Counted from the stretch's first letter, positions 41,687 to 52,700 are shown. The stretch is DNA of 64,000 nt from Mycobacteriales bacterium (GCA_041743105.1 JBGTNI010000072.1:10777-74776), one strand, 5' to 3'. The notes: generated by a model from the sequence alone, not told the origin. Numbers and translations: made by a program.

Positions 41687-42475
41687 TCACGTTCCAGGGA
41701 CGCTGGTGATCACGGAGAAGGGTGCGCCGAAGGGGTCGCTGAGTGCGGCCATGCGGCCAACGCCCTCGACATCCATGGGCGACATGGACACGGTGCCGCC
41801 GTGCTCGGAAGCCGCGGCTACCACCGCGTCGCAGTCGACCACCTCGAAGTACGGTTGCCAGCGCGGCTTCATCCCCGAGCTGAGCATCTCATCGCTGATT
41901 TCCATAATGCCGCTCTGGCTGGTTTCTTGATCACCGCCGGATGGGTAGGTGACGGTGTAGGTGAACCCATCCATCGGCATGTCCTCGGTGTCCCATTTGA
42001 AGACCGAGCGGTAGAAAGTCTTTGCCGCGTTCGGGTCCGTGGTGAGCAACTCGGTCCAACACAGCGTGTTCGGAACGGTGACGGCGTCTAGGCCGATTGT
42101 TTCAAAGGGCTGCCAGACGGCAAACTGCGCGCCGGCAGGGTCATCAAAGCCAGCCATTCTACCCGCGGTGAAGACGTCGTCGGGTGCGAAGCGGACGGTG
42201 CCCCCGGCCTGCTCGACCGCCTTAGCGGTGGCATCGGCGTCGACGGTGTGGAAGTACAGCGTCCAGGCTGAGCTCGCCCCAACCTCCGTGAGCGGACCTA
42301 TAGCGGCAACGGTCTTACCGTCGAGTGTGAACATGCCGTAGCCCCCGGCGTCGGGTCCGGCGGATTGAAACTCCCAGCCGAACAGGGCACCGTAGAAGGC
42401 GGCTGCGGCCTCGATGTCAGGCGAGCCGAGGTCGATCCAGACAGGAGCCCCGGGCACGTAGTTGGTCGTGAGCAT
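41687..42475 (-). CDS. Two-domain VOC/glyoxalase (Cfp32-like)
   Basis: PGAPVWIDL...AAAAFYGALFGW, GRMA...DP.GA.F.VWQ, second domain CWTEL.T.D. Confidence 0.9.
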   Translation of the reverse strand: MLTTNYVPGAPVWIDLGSPDIEAAAAFYGALFGWEFQSAGPDAGGYGMFTLDGKTVAAIGPLTEVGASSAWTLYFHTVDADATAKAVEQAGGTVRFAPDDVFTAGRMAGFDDPAGAQFAVWQPFETIGLDAVTVPNTLCWTELLTTDPNAAKTFYRSVFKWDTEDMPMDGFTYTVTYPSGGDQETSQSGIMEISDEMLSSGMKPRWQPYFEVVDCDAVVAAASEHGGTVSMSPMDVEGVGRMAALSDPFGAPFSVITSVPGT

Positions 42476-42623
42476 GGCGTTATCCTCCGATTGTTGTCGT
42501 TGTGGGGCCATCCGTCGGACGAGACGACGAGCGGTATCCCTGAACGAAGGCGAGTATGGCAGGGGGGTCCGACATTCAGGCGAGAGTTTCCTACCGACTA
42601 TGCAGCAGAGGTCGGCGCCGGCG

Positions 42624-43895
42624 CTAGCGGCTGACCACTGTGACGGTGGGCCTTGGCTGCGCTAGCGGCAGATGCTCGGGGCCTCTCACGTACGGGCCGA
42701 TAAAGACCGGTCTGGTCCGGCCCGATTTATAGTGCTGCAGCCGCTTGTACATTCTCACCATATGCCGTTCCTTCCACTGCACGGAGCTGTGAAATCGTGG
42801 GTCGGCGGGCTCACGCCGATCTTGCTGTTTCCGCAGCTTCACCACGTTGACATCGGGTGGTAGGCGGAGCCTCGCGCTCTGTAGGCCCGCCCCATGGGTG
42901 CGTTCTGCCTGCTCGGGGACCGCGATCTGCTGGGCGCAGAGTCGGGAGAACGCGTACTGAAACCGGAGCGGGAACGTGTTGGTGGGATCGGAGATGAGGG
43001 CGCCGCGCTCGTAGTCGACTTCCACTTCTTCGTCGGACAGCCCCGCTTTCCGGGCAAGGTCTTTCACGTAGTCTCGCGATCGGATGGCGTTTTCCGCTAG
43101 GGCCTCGGCGAGCCCTCCGGTGAGCTCGACATCGTCTGCCAGGACCAGTATTCGGGTTCCGGTGTACAGCAACGGCGGTAGTGACGCCCTCTTTTCCGCA
43201 GCGTATGCAGCGAGCGTCGCCCGCGATCCATCGGGCACCGTTTCCTTCGGGTCGCCGTAGGTCGACAGCTGCAGGCCACGGAGGTAGCGCGGGCTTCCCA
43301 GGTGTTTCGGGTCGACCACCGGCAGGTCGCGGGGCTCGCTCCACCGCACCGCCCGTACGTCGTTCACCTCGCCGGAGGGCCCTTCACTCCAGACTGTGTG
43401 GGGCAGGATCAGCAGGCCGTTTGGCATCGGCATGTCGTCGGCTCGAATCAGGTCGCAATCGGCGTCGGTCATGGTAGCGGCAGCTGCGGTTACCACGTCG
43501 CACAGTTCGGGCGAGAGAGCGTACAGTTCCGCCTCCGCTAACCTCGCGACGTCGTCGGTGAGCAGGCGTGTGGCGAGGTCGGTGAGGATTGCTTCGACTT
43601 CCTCGGGATAGCCGCCGCCCCGGGTAAACTCCTGCTGCACGTACTGCGGCGGATAACCGTGAGCGCTGTACAACATGGCTAACGCGGTATTGACGCCGTA
43701 GCCAGTTTTACGGAAAGCCAGAAACTTGCCGAGCAGCTCGGTCTTGACATGCTCCGCGTTGAACGATTCAGTCCCGCGTCGTTGCGCGGCAAGCTCCTCG
43801 CGCAGCAGCTCCACCGTCACAGCACGCAGATCGCGCGCCCGACGAGCGGCGCCGGTCTCCGTCCAATCGCCGCGCCTGTCTAACTGCCTAGCCAT
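42624..43895 (-). CDS. Hypothetical protein of a type seen on actinomycete phages and plasmids
   Basis: C-terminal V.VV.LR...W..R.MVR...R.Q.Y......FIGPYV.GPE..PL pattern. Family recalled from memory, not searched. Confidence 0.6.
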   Translation of the reverse strand: MARQLDRRGDWTETGAARRARDLRAVTVELLREELAAQRRGTESFNAEHVKTELLGKFLAFRKTGYGVNTALAMLYSAHGYPPQYVQQEFTRGGGYPEEVEAILTDLATRLLTDDVARLAEAELYALSPELCDVVTAAAATMTDADCDLIRADDMPMPNGLLILPHTVWSEGPSGEVNDVRAVRWSEPRDLPVVDPKHLGSPRYLRGLQLSTYGDPKETVPDGSRATLAAYAAEKRASLPPLLYTGTRILVLADDVELTGGLAEALAENAIRSRDYVKDLARKAGLSDEEVEVDYERGALISDPTNTFPLRFQYAFSRLCAQQIAVPEQAERTHGAGLQSARLRLPPDVNVVKLRKQQDRREPADPRFHSSVQWKERHMVRMYKRLQHYKSGRTRPVFIGPYVRGPEHLPLAQPRPTVTVVSR

Positions 43896-44042
43896 AGCTA
43901 GAATCTAGCCCCGCACGACAGCCCTTTGCTGGAGTTTCACCTGTTGGGTATCTGCTGTTCAATAGGTACACGCACACGTTCACCGAATCCAACGGGCGCA
44001 CGAACCCTCGCGCTCCTCGTGCAGGTCCGAGAACACAAGCCC

Positions 44043-44633
44043 TTATGGTGAGCCTAAAGCGGCTAAACTTTTCACTTCTTCGTATCTAAAGCAGTCGGCG
44101 GTGTGATCGTTCACCATGCCGACGGCTTGCATATGAGCATACATAATTGTTGGACCAACAAATGCAAAACCACGGCGCTTAAGGTCTCGGCTGAAGGCTT
44201 CGGCTTGCGCTGAGGCCTGTGGTACTTCGTCGACGTGGCGCCATACGTTTTGAACCGGAATTTCATCGACAAACTGCCATTGATATTTACTGAACGAACC
44301 AAATTTTTTCTGAACTTCTAGAAATCCTCGCGCGTTTGCCACGGCAGCGCGTACCTTGAGGCGGTTGCGCACGATGCCCTCATTTTGCAGTAAGACTCCG
44401 ATGTCTTCTTCGGTATATCGTGCTACTTGCATTGGGTCGAAGCCGGCAAAAGCATCTCGGTAACCTTCACGTTTCTTCAGTATTGTCAACCATGACAAAC
44501 CAGCTTGCGCACCCTCTAATATCAGAAACTCAAATAGTAAACGGTCTTCGTAGACCGGAACACCCCACTCAGTATCGTGGTAATGCTCATAGAGAGCATT
44601 ACCACGATCTACCCAGGCGCAACGTTTCGGCAT
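44043..44633 (-). CDS. tag: DNA-3-methyladenine glycosylase I
   Basis: RCAW...Y..YHDTEWG.P, LEGAQAGLSW.TILKKRE, IVRNRLK, FVGPTIMYAHMQAVGMVNDH...C. Confidence 0.95.
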   Translation of the reverse strand: MPKRCAWVDRGNALYEHYHDTEWGVPVYEDRLLFEFLILEGAQAGLSWLTILKKREGYRDAFAGFDPMQVARYTEEDIGVLLQNEGIVRNRLKVRAAVANARGFLEVQKKFGSFSKYQWQFVDEIPVQNVWRHVDEVPQASAQAEAFSRDLKRRGFAFVGPTIMYAHMQAVGMVNDHTADCFRYEEVKSLAALGSP

Positions 44634-44655
44634 TATTGAAATAATACCGGGCTCA

Positions 44656-45582
44656 TCATCCGAACAACGGAGCGATCCTGGAGTTCGGCGAGAGGTGCGC
44701 GATCGAGCCGATTTCAAGTGCGACCCACAGATCGCCGTCGGAGCCGATAGCGATGCCGTGCGGTTCCGACGACGGGGTCGGTAGGGCATATTCCTCGATC
44801 CGGCCGTCCGGGCTGATTCTGCCGATCCGGTTGGCGCCCCATTCGGTGAACCAGCAGTTCCCCGCAGCGTCCCCGGTAATCGCGTGGGGGCGGGCGGTGC
44901 GATCGGGCAGCGGGAATTCAGTAATCCGCCCGTCAGCCGTGATTCGACCGATCTGCCCAGCGGCGATCTCGACGAACCACATCGCATCGTCCGCGCCCAG
45001 GGTGACGCCTACCGGACCAGCGGCGGCGGTGGGCAGCACATGGATGGTGACGACCCCATCGGTGGTGATCCGGCCAATCGCGTTCCCCTGGTTCAACGTA
45101 AACCACAACGCACCGTCGGGGCCGCCGGCGATCATCGACGGGAAAGTACCCGATCCCGGAAGTGAGAACTCGCTGATTGCGCCGTCAACGGTGATACGGC
45201 CGACCTTGTCCGCGTTCATTTCGGTGAACCAAAGCGCGCCGTCCGGCCCTGGTGCGATACCAAAGGGCCCAGCCTCGCGCGTTGGGACGGGAAATACCGT
45301 GATGACACCGTCGGTCGTGATTCGGCCGATCCGGTGCCCCTGAGATTCGGCAAACCACAATGCCCCATCCGGCCCAGCGGTGATGACCGAGGGATGACCC
45401 GTTGGTGGGTCGAGTTGGTACGAGAAGGTGTGCATTCCACCCGTGGTCATGCGGCCGATCCGGCCGTGATGCACCTGGGTGAGCCACACGGCACTATCCG
45501 GCCCCATCGCGATCCCGTATGGCCCCGAGCCTGCTCCGCGAACGGGATACTCCACGATCGAGACTTTCAGATGATCTGCCAC
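44656..45582 (-). CDS. vgb: Virginiamycin B lyase (Vgb)-like beta-propeller
   Basis: Seven P..I..GPDGALWF.E....IGRIT.DG repeats, RPHAI, SEPHG. Confidence 0.85.
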   Translation of the reverse strand: MADHLKVSIVEYPVRGAGSGPYGIAMGPDSAVWLTQVHHGRIGRMTTGGMHTFSYQLDPPTGHPSVITAGPDGALWFAESQGHRIGRITTDGVITVFPVPTREAGPFGIAPGPDGALWFTEMNADKVGRITVDGAISEFSLPGSGTFPSMIAGGPDGALWFTLNQGNAIGRITTDGVVTIHVLPTAAAGPVGVTLGADDAMWFVEIAAGQIGRITADGRITEFPLPDRTARPHAITGDAAGNCWFTEWGANRIGRISPDGRIEEYALPTPSSEPHGIAIGSDGDLWVALEIGSIAHLSPNSRIAPLFG

Positions 45583-45794
45583 AGACCCGACTCCTGGATG
45601 AGCAGCCCAGATTCTTTCCAGCTTTGGTAGCGGTCAACACTCAAGGTGCGGCCCGGCGGCGCAGAGTGTCAGAGGCTAGCGTAGCGCCAGAGCCGGATTC
45701 GCAACGGTGCGGAGAGCCACAGCGACTCCCCCAGAACCCGACTCCCCAGCTGGCGTAGAGCTGGGTGCGCATGTCCGACAGCCGATCGGTCCGG

Positions 45795-46154
45795 CTACTT
45801 GCCGGGTTTCTTGGAGGAGAAGGCTGAGTTAATCACTCGCCTGCTGACCCATCCGAGGAAACCGCCGGCCACCACGTTTACTCCGGTGGTGGTGTGGCCA
45901 AAGGCCTCGGGAAAATTATACTCGGCAGCGGTGTACGCGGCTACACCTCCAACAACAACAGGACCACCGAGATTCTTGGCCCAGCCGTTCACATAGCCCC
46001 ATAGAGTCGTGGCGGTCTGCCATCCGAAAACACTCGCCTCGTGGGGCGGAAGACCGGTCCTGACAGCACCTATCCCGGAAACGACGCCGCCGGCGGCTGC
46101 AGCGACCGCACGCCAGGTGTGAGGGCTGCGGAGCACTCGCTCAATGTCGGCCAT
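45795..46154 (-). CDS. Gly/Ala-rich small membrane orphan
   Basis: 119-aa ORF with glycine-rich hydrophobic segments; no family recognised. Confidence 0.45.
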   Translation of the reverse strand: MADIERVLRSPHTWRAVAAAAGGVVSGIGAVRTGLPPHEASVFGWQTATTLWGYVNGWAKNLGGPVVVGGVAAYTAAEYNFPEAFGHTTTGVNVVAGGFLGWVSRRVINSAFSSKKPGK

Positions 46155-46500
46155 GGTGCGAGTCTATGCAGCTAGAGATTGCGATGTCAGTCGATTAACC
46201 ATGAGGCGGCGTGCGATAGGTGCTTACCCAACCCGCTGGCCACCTATCGTACCCAGCGTCTTGCACGGTGTGATTGATGCTGTGAGCGCCCGGAGCTCTG
46301 CCAGGTGTTGCCCGGGATGAGTCGCGCCCCGCCGACCTAGCATCGATCGTCGGCCACATTCTCGACATACCCTGCGGGCAAGGCGGCGGTGAGCTGCGGT
46401 TGACGCGTTGTCTCTCACGGAATAACGCGGCCAGAGGATGCTAGTGTCGCCTCGTCACCAAGTCCATCACCGTCACCTCGTCGACTGGAGGACCACCCCC

Positions 46501-46857
46501 ATGGCCGAAGAGGCAGGCGCACTCGCCACCGAGTATTTCCGTGCGTGGAAGGCCAAGGACTTCGTCGCACTGCGTGCCATTCTCGCCGACGACGCCACGT
46601 TCCGGGGGCCGCTCGGCAGCGCCGACGATGCCGACACCTGCGTGTTGGGACTGCGCGGCATGTCGAAGATCATGACTGACATCGTGATTCACAAGATGTT
46701 CGTCGACGGGCCTGATGTACTGACGTGGTTTGACCTGCACAGTACTGTCGCGCCGCCCAGCACCACCGCGAACTGGAGCCACACGCAGGACGGGAAGATC
46801 AAGACGGTGCGCGTGACATTCGACGCCCGGGACCTTGCCGCGGGCTTGGGTCGATGA
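46501..46857 (+). CDS. SnoaL/NTF2-like protein
   Basis: GGAGG RBS; YFRAW..KDF..LR..LADDATFRGPL, DGKI....VTFD. Confidence 0.88.
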   Translation: MAEEAGALATEYFRAWKAKDFVALRAILADDATFRGPLGSADDADTCVLGLRGMSKIMTDIVIHKMFVDGPDVLTWFDLHSTVAPPSTTANWSHTQDGKIKTVRVTFDARDLAAGLGR

Positions 46858-46893
46858 TCGTCGACGAGTGCACGTTTCCATGGCTCCAGTGGA

Positions 46894-46965
46894 GAGCTGG
46901 TGGTCGAGGCCTGGCGGCGAACGGCGCCGAAGCTGATCGTCGAGGCGTACAACGGCGAGCCACGG
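46894..46965 (+). pseudogene. C-terminal remnant of an MmcQ/YjbR-family gene
   Basis: ELVVEAWRRTAPKLIVEAY resembles the family C-terminus; no N-terminal part present. Confidence 0.5.
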
Positions 46966-46984
46966 TCCCTCGGGCGGGGAAGTC

Positions 46985-47656
46985 GTGACAACCTTCGTGC
47001 TCGTCCCCGGCGCCTGGCACGGCGGCTGGTGGTACGACCCGCTCGTCGAACGGTTGGTCACTGCCGGGCACCGCGCAGTGGCGGTGACGCCGACAGGACT
47101 GGACCCCGCGTTGCCCGCAACTGAGCAGGCCATCACCCTCGACCAGCACGTCGAGGAGGTCACCGGCGCGGTCCGCGCCGCCGAGGGACCCGGTCCCGAC
47201 GTCGTGCTCGTCGGACACAGCTACGCGGGATCACTGATCAACGGGGCCGCAGACGCCGCGCCCGAGCGGGTCCGAGCGCTGGTCTACCTCGACGCCTTCG
47301 TGCCCGAGGACGGCGACTCGTGCTGGTCTATGGCCAACGACGAGGAACGCCAGTGGTACGTCGACGGCGCCGGCCGGACCGGCATCGCGGTCGACCCGCT
47401 GAGCTTCCTCGACGGGCGCGCCAGGCCGCATCCGCTGGGCACCCTCATGCAGCGCTCGAAGCTGACCGATGCCTGGCGTACCGTCCCGGTCAAGCACTAC
47501 GTCGTCGCCCTGGGATGGCCCGGGGAGTCTCCGTTGGCCTCCTCGATCACGAAGGTGCGGGCCGACCCGGCGTTCATCGTCCACGAATGGGACACCGGGC
47601 ACAACGTGATGAAGAACTGCCCCGACCAGGTCTACGACCTCATCGTCGATCTCTGA
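46985..47656 (+). CDS. Alpha/beta hydrolase (esterase-like)
   Basis: FVLVPGAWHGGW, LVGHSYAG, LVYLDAFVP, TGHN. Confidence 0.92.
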   Translation: MTTFVLVPGAWHGGWWYDPLVERLVTAGHRAVAVTPTGLDPALPATEQAITLDQHVEEVTGAVRAAEGPGPDVVLVGHSYAGSLINGAADAAPERVRALVYLDAFVPEDGDSCWSMANDEERQWYVDGAGRTGIAVDPLSFLDGRARPHPLGTLMQRSKLTDAWRTVPVKHYVVALGWPGESPLASSITKVRADPAFIVHEWDTGHNVMKNCPDQVYDLIVDL

Positions 47657-47816
47657 CCGCGGCACCAGCGGCCGCTGCGTAGGACCTAGGTTATACGTCT
47701 TCAATACAATTTAGATGCCGCTGCTTATGGATACTCGGCTCTTATTTCGTCCTAGCCGATAACGAACTGTGGCGACATCGAAAGGAAGGCTGGAGACGCA
47801 TCGAAGTCCCCAGTTA

Positions 47817-48218
47817 CTACGGCAGCCCACGGGCACCTCTACGAGCCGTTTCTATCAGCGACTCGGCTGCACGGCCAGCTCGCTTAAACTCGTCCGGCGT
47901 CACCGGCGTGAAACTATAGCCCGACTTGGTCTTTAGACTGAGTAACGTGCTCAGGTGCTTTGCGGCACCTCTATCTGCCCTCTTCAAGAGCCCGATTGCC
48001 TCGTTGTGATTTTCGCCTTGAGCATGCTCCCCCAGTCGGGTACAGCAGATGACGTCCGCACTAGCGATGCCTGCGTGCACGCACAACGTCACGTAGGCAT
48101 CGGCAATATCTTCGTGCTCCTCAGCGATATCACGAATTAAATCCGCTGCCTCTATGAATTGCTCCGCCTTACGCAGCCGTCCTCGTTGGACTGTTGCGGT
48201 GCATGGCTGTGTTCGCAC
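47817..48218 (-). CDS. HEPN-like toxin
   Basis: RL.KAEQF, VHAGIA..D.ICC.RLG....GENH..A, LL.LKTK.GY. Paired with the MNT gene. Confidence 0.7.
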   Translation of the reverse strand: MRTQPCTATVQRGRLRKAEQFIEAADLIRDIAEEHEDIADAYVTLCVHAGIASADVICCTRLGEHAQGENHNEAIGLLKRADRGAAKHLSTLLSLKTKSGYSFTPVTPDEFKRAGRAAESLIETARRGARGLP

Positions 48219-48219
48219 G

Positions 48220-48843
48220 TCAGCTCTTTCCGTTTCGTAGCTGTTGCGCCAGCCAGGCCCGGTTACCGGCTACGGTAAGCCCGTCCTTCAGTACAGAGCG
48301 GAGAACTGGCTCGTTGACACCTTGAGTAGTGAGCTCCCCGGCAGCGAACTGCAGAGGCCGGGTATCATTTCCTGTCCATCGAGTTACGTCGGACACCAAC
48401 TCGTTGACCTGTGTTTCCCACAGATCCTCTTCAACATCGTTGGGCCGTACCAGTAGCAGATCCAGGTCGCTGTCTACTGTCATCGAGCCGCGTGCGGCGG
48501 ACCCGAATACAGCGGCGTACACCGGCGGTATCTCCCAGGATTCCAGGCGGTTCTCAAGGCGCTCCAGAAACTTTTCCTGGAGTCGGGCAAGGCCGACAAT
48601 ATGCTCTGCAGCGAGATGATCACGGTTAAGCAGATAAGCAAAGGCGTTCCCGACTCGCTCGGACTGTACGATGCCCTGCTTGGTTAAGCGCCGCAGAGCC
48701 TTGCGGATCCCCTCCTCCGAGGGTTTTATCAAAATCCGGTGCAGTTGTCCTGTGGTAAAAGCAGTGTCGTGTCGTGCCAGCACAGCGAGGATATCGCCGT
48801 CAAGGGTAGGAGTAACCGTCGCTAACGGTCGGCTTAGTTCCAC
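48220..48843 (-). CDS. wHTH plus minimal nucleotidyltransferase (MNT) antitoxin
   Basis: TPTLDG.IL..L wHTH, VFGSAARG.MT.DSDLDLLLV. Confidence 0.85.
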   Translation of the reverse strand: MELSRPLATVTPTLDGDILAVLARHDTAFTTGQLHRILIKPSEEGIRKALRRLTKQGIVQSERVGNAFAYLLNRDHLAAEHIVGLARLQEKFLERLENRLESWEIPPVYAAVFGSAARGSMTVDSDLDLLLVRPNDVEEDLWETQVNELVSDVTRWTGNDTRPLQFAAGELTTQGVNEPVLRSVLKDGLTVAGNRAWLAQQLRNGKS

Positions 48844-48892
48844 CGTCTGCCTCCTGAGTTCCCGTGTGAGGCTTTACAATAGTACAGGCAAA

Positions 48893-48926
48893 CCAACTAT
48901 AGTGCAGATATAAGCACTATAGTTGG
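48893..48926. promoter_or_regulatory. 13-bp perfect inverted repeat, putative MNT-HEPN operator
   Basis: CCAACTATAGTGC-N8-GCACTATAGTTGG, about 50 bp upstream of the MNT start. Confidence 0.7.
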
Positions 48927-48961
48927 ATGGATGAGAGTAGTCGTATTTGACGGCGACGCTC

Positions 48962-49474
48962 CTAGAACAGAACTGCTGCCGCTCTAGGCAATCCCTGCCC
49001 AAGATTGGTCATGCGGCGATGGCTACGTCTCCATGAGCAATATCCAAATGAAACTGCATATCGGTATGGGCTGAAATTCGTTGCAGTGTGGCGAGCGCAG
49101 GTGGGTGATCGCCACTTTCTACAGAGGCGGCTCAAGCAGCAGTAGCTCCTAAGAGCCTGCTCCTGAACTGATCTGACTCTGACAGTATCTTTGATGAGGG
49201 GTTGAAGGCGTAGGTTTAGTGATTGGCTTACGTTAGCGAGATGCTGAACTGCTGCAGCACGGACGGACGGCTCATGGTCTTTGGCAAGCTGGAGTAGCAG
49301 GATCACAGGCCAATCCGCGCCTTGGTCAATTCTTGTCGCGAGCAGCGCTGAAGAGGCGGTGTCTCTGCGGACCTGCATGTCAGAGTCAGCAGCATATTTT
49401 ACGAGTCTCGCTTCGGCATCCGCAGCTTGAATTATCTTGTGAGCCAGCGCGAACTTCGCCCATGCAACCTTCAC
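48962..49474 (-). pseudogene. HEAT-repeat-like gene fragment
   Basis: DSDMQVRRDTA and LAKDHEPSVRAAAVQHL are HEAT-like units; the rest looks degraded. Confidence 0.45.
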
Positions 49475-49660
49475 TCGCCCAGGCCTGCCACCGAAGAACA
49501 GACCGGGGCTGCCTTCTGGCGTGTTCGGCCACGACCCCGAAAGGATTGCGGTTCGGAAGGATTAGTTAATAGCGCCACGCACGGAAGCGTCACCTTGCTC
49601 AGCAGGCTAACCCGCGACTATAGGAATAGTGCTCGGATCACGCTCCGCAAAGGTAGAACG

Positions 49661-49729
49661 GGTCCCGCGTCGGCGCGGAGCGCCGGCTGATGATGCGCCA
49701 AAGCGGGCCGTGCAGCGCCGTAGGCGCTG
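49661..49729. repeat. ~70-bp GC-rich repeat, copy 1 (copy 2 at 59803..59876)
   Basis: CCGCGTCGGCGCGGAGCGCCGG..GATGCGCCAAAGCGGGCCG.GCAGCGCCG.TAGGCGCTG in both copies. Confidence 0.8.
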
Positions 49730-49741
49730 GCACACTTTGGC

Positions 49742-52700
49742 CTATAACAGAGAGCGGCCGGCCGGCCTCCGCTGGTGTGTTCCCGGCCGAAATCCCGGCG
49801 GTCTGGCAGCCGGCGGTGGTCCACCAAGCTGGGGGCCGGGTCGAGTCGGCGGGACCGGGGGGTTCGTCGTGCTCGATTTCACTGTCGGCGCAGAGCCCGA
49901 CTCGCCGCCGGATGGTGCGGATCGCTGATGTTCACGCTGCTGCTGGACCAGAAACTCGGCGTAAAAATCGAGCAACCGCCCCAGTTCGGCGTTGTATCGG
50001 GCGCGTTCGCCCAGCTCAATCGCCGCTAGCTCTCCCGGCGCCAGACCATGAGAGCTAGCGGCGGAGACCACGGGCTCACCTAGACCGCGCCGAACGGCTC
50101 CGATAACCTGCCCCGCGTACGACCAGCCGTTCTTTCCCTCGGGCGCCCGCTGCAAGGGCTTGAGGTTCTGCGACGACCTGCCGGTGCATACCAGGGCGGC
50201 GAGGCTGGCGGTGTTGGCCGCGACGAGAGCGAGCCGCTTGCCCTCGCCTCGTTCCAGCCGATCCACATCGATCGGCTTCATCCCGATCAACTTGGCCACC
50301 TCACGCGCGGAGAGACCATACGCGTTGCGATAACGACGGTGCAGCCACCCGCAGGTTCCCCATCCGTCGGGGTCGGTGCGGGGATCGGGTCTATTCTCCG
50401 ACGAGGAGGCAGCGGAATGGAGCGGTGACCTCGGGGTCGTCTCGGTCGGCGCAGGCGCGACGGTCGGGGACGGTGTGACCGCGGCCGGGACGGCGGAGTG
50501 GAGAAACCTGTGCCATGGGGGTTCAGGTGCAGGCTCGGTTCGATCCAGCGGGTCGTGCTCGCCGACGGGGCGGGTCTCGTCCAGTATTCGCTGCCAATCG
50601 TTCAGCAAGAGCAGCAAAGATTCTCGATCCTCCGCTCCGCCTCCACCGGCGAGGTTGTCGAAGCTAACGCGATCGAGCGATCCGCGGATCCGGTCGCGGC
50701 GCCGAGGCTCGTCCGGGCCAAGGACCTGTTCCAACAGTTCGGTGTGGGCCGCCGCCAGCCTGCCGATGTTCTGCCACAGTAAGCGGTGCTCGTCGGGATG
50801 AAGGGACCCAGCGCCGGATGACCGTTCCACGTCCGACCGTACCGCGTCCCCGGTCGCGTACGCCGTGATTGCCCGCGAGACCATACCGGCGGCGCTCCAA
50901 CGCTCGGCCAGCGTGGCGTCGGGGCCGGCGAGTCTGGTGTCGGCGGGATGCCAGCGGCGGGCGCGTGGATTCAGCAGGACGCGCAGCCGATCCTCGTCGA
51001 GGCCGGACCCGGCAGCCAACCCCGAGACGTAGTCGCCGGGCAGCCGCCGCCGACGGTGATCGTGTTCCAGGTGAATCGCGGCGAGCCAGTAGAAGATCTC
51101 CAGGCCGTGATTCAACTCCTCCAACGGGTCCTCGTGAACGGGTGCGATAGCCGCCGGCCGAGAGCGCAGACCTCTCCACTGGATCTCCTCGTGCAGGGCG
51201 ACGATTCGCTCATCGACGACCTGGACGAGGTCCTGTGGGGCCTCGAGTGCTTCCAGCACACGGTGGATCGCGTCCTCCGGCGGAAAATCCGGCCACGCGG
51301 CCTCTTCGATTACTCGTATTTCGCGGTAAAACCCGTCGTCGTACCGGCCGCCGGCGCTGGCCAGGTTCTTTTGACTGATAGGTGGCTCGCGGGTGAGTCG
51401 CCACTTGCTGATGGCGAGAGCAATATCGGCCCGGAGTCCGATCTCCGGGCCATAGTCAATAGTTGGCCCCACGGCGGGCTGCGGGAAAAGGCTGCCTCTA
51501 GCCCGCAGCCCGCTCAATAGCTCCGCCCGCCGAGTGGCGTCGATCTTCTTTTCCTGTTCACCCAGCAGACCCTCGAGGTAGGGAAAGAACTCGGCCACGC
51601 CGAACCCGGCGCCGGCCAGTTCGGCCTCCAGCTGCGCCCTGACCACGATCAAGTCGGCGTAGCCAGTGTCGGTGACCCCGCGGCGCGGGCCGGTCGGTCG
51701 GCCGGCCGAACCCTGCTGGCGGACCCGACGTGGCGGTCGAGCGCCCCATTCCGCCAGATGGGCCCGGACAGCGTGGCGAAGGCGGTCCCTGTCCTCGGCG
51801 GTAGCTTCCGCGCCGACACCGATCACTTCCTCGGGCATCCGGCACACCGCGAGAACCCACTGGGCAGTCCTCAGCTGGCGAAGGTTATAGCGGGGGACCG
51901 TCTCTAGCCGAAATAAATTGGCCGCGCTAATTACGTCCCTCCCTAATTCGGCATTGATGGCTCCAGCGACCGCCTGCAGAGTAAGACATGAGATTTGTCT
52001 GGCGTGTTGCAGCGACATCGCTATGTCTACGGATCGCGCGATTTCTTCCCGTGTCCCGGCCCGGGTCTCCCGCAACCCCAGGCGGGCAAAGAGTTCGGCG
52101 GCTCGCTCCTTTCTCAGCTTTTCTGCGTGCCGGTCAAGCGCCCCCTGAAATGCACTCAGCCGATCGCGTGATTCCCCCAAGAACCCCGCGTACCTTCTGA
52201 GCAACAAGCTCGCGTAGTACACCCCGTCGAAGCTGTCGATCGCGCCGCGACGTTCGAATTGTTCGATGAAATTGGCATAGTGTCGGTACTCGTTCGGATT
52301 GAAGATCTCGGCGAGAAACCGCGCCGCCACCCTTTGGGTTTCCCCCGCCGAATTTCGTGCCCTCACGATGGCGGCGACGATGTGGGGCTCCCCGACGCGC
52401 GGCGCCGCGGCCGCTTCGCTCGGCAGAGGTGGCGGCGAGGGAGACGGCCGCGGGCTGACGCTCGGCGCCCGACCGGTTAGTTGATCCACCCTGGCCTGCC
52501 GTCGCTCCGGGAGGAATTGCGCTCTCCTAGGGTCTACGTAGAGGAGATCGACGCTTGCGCGCAGGTGATCGTATACGTACTCGTAGGCCGGATTCGGACA
52601 ACCAAATCTTTCAGTGACCTCCCTGATCCGAAGCAGGTCGTCAATGCTGTAACCAATCGCGTATTCGTATTCCCGGAGAGCGGCCTCGGGAAGCTCGGGC

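Noticed and set aside
44634-44987. N-terminal extension of Tag
   Set aside because: It is an alternative frame of vgb; Tag starts at MPKRCAW.
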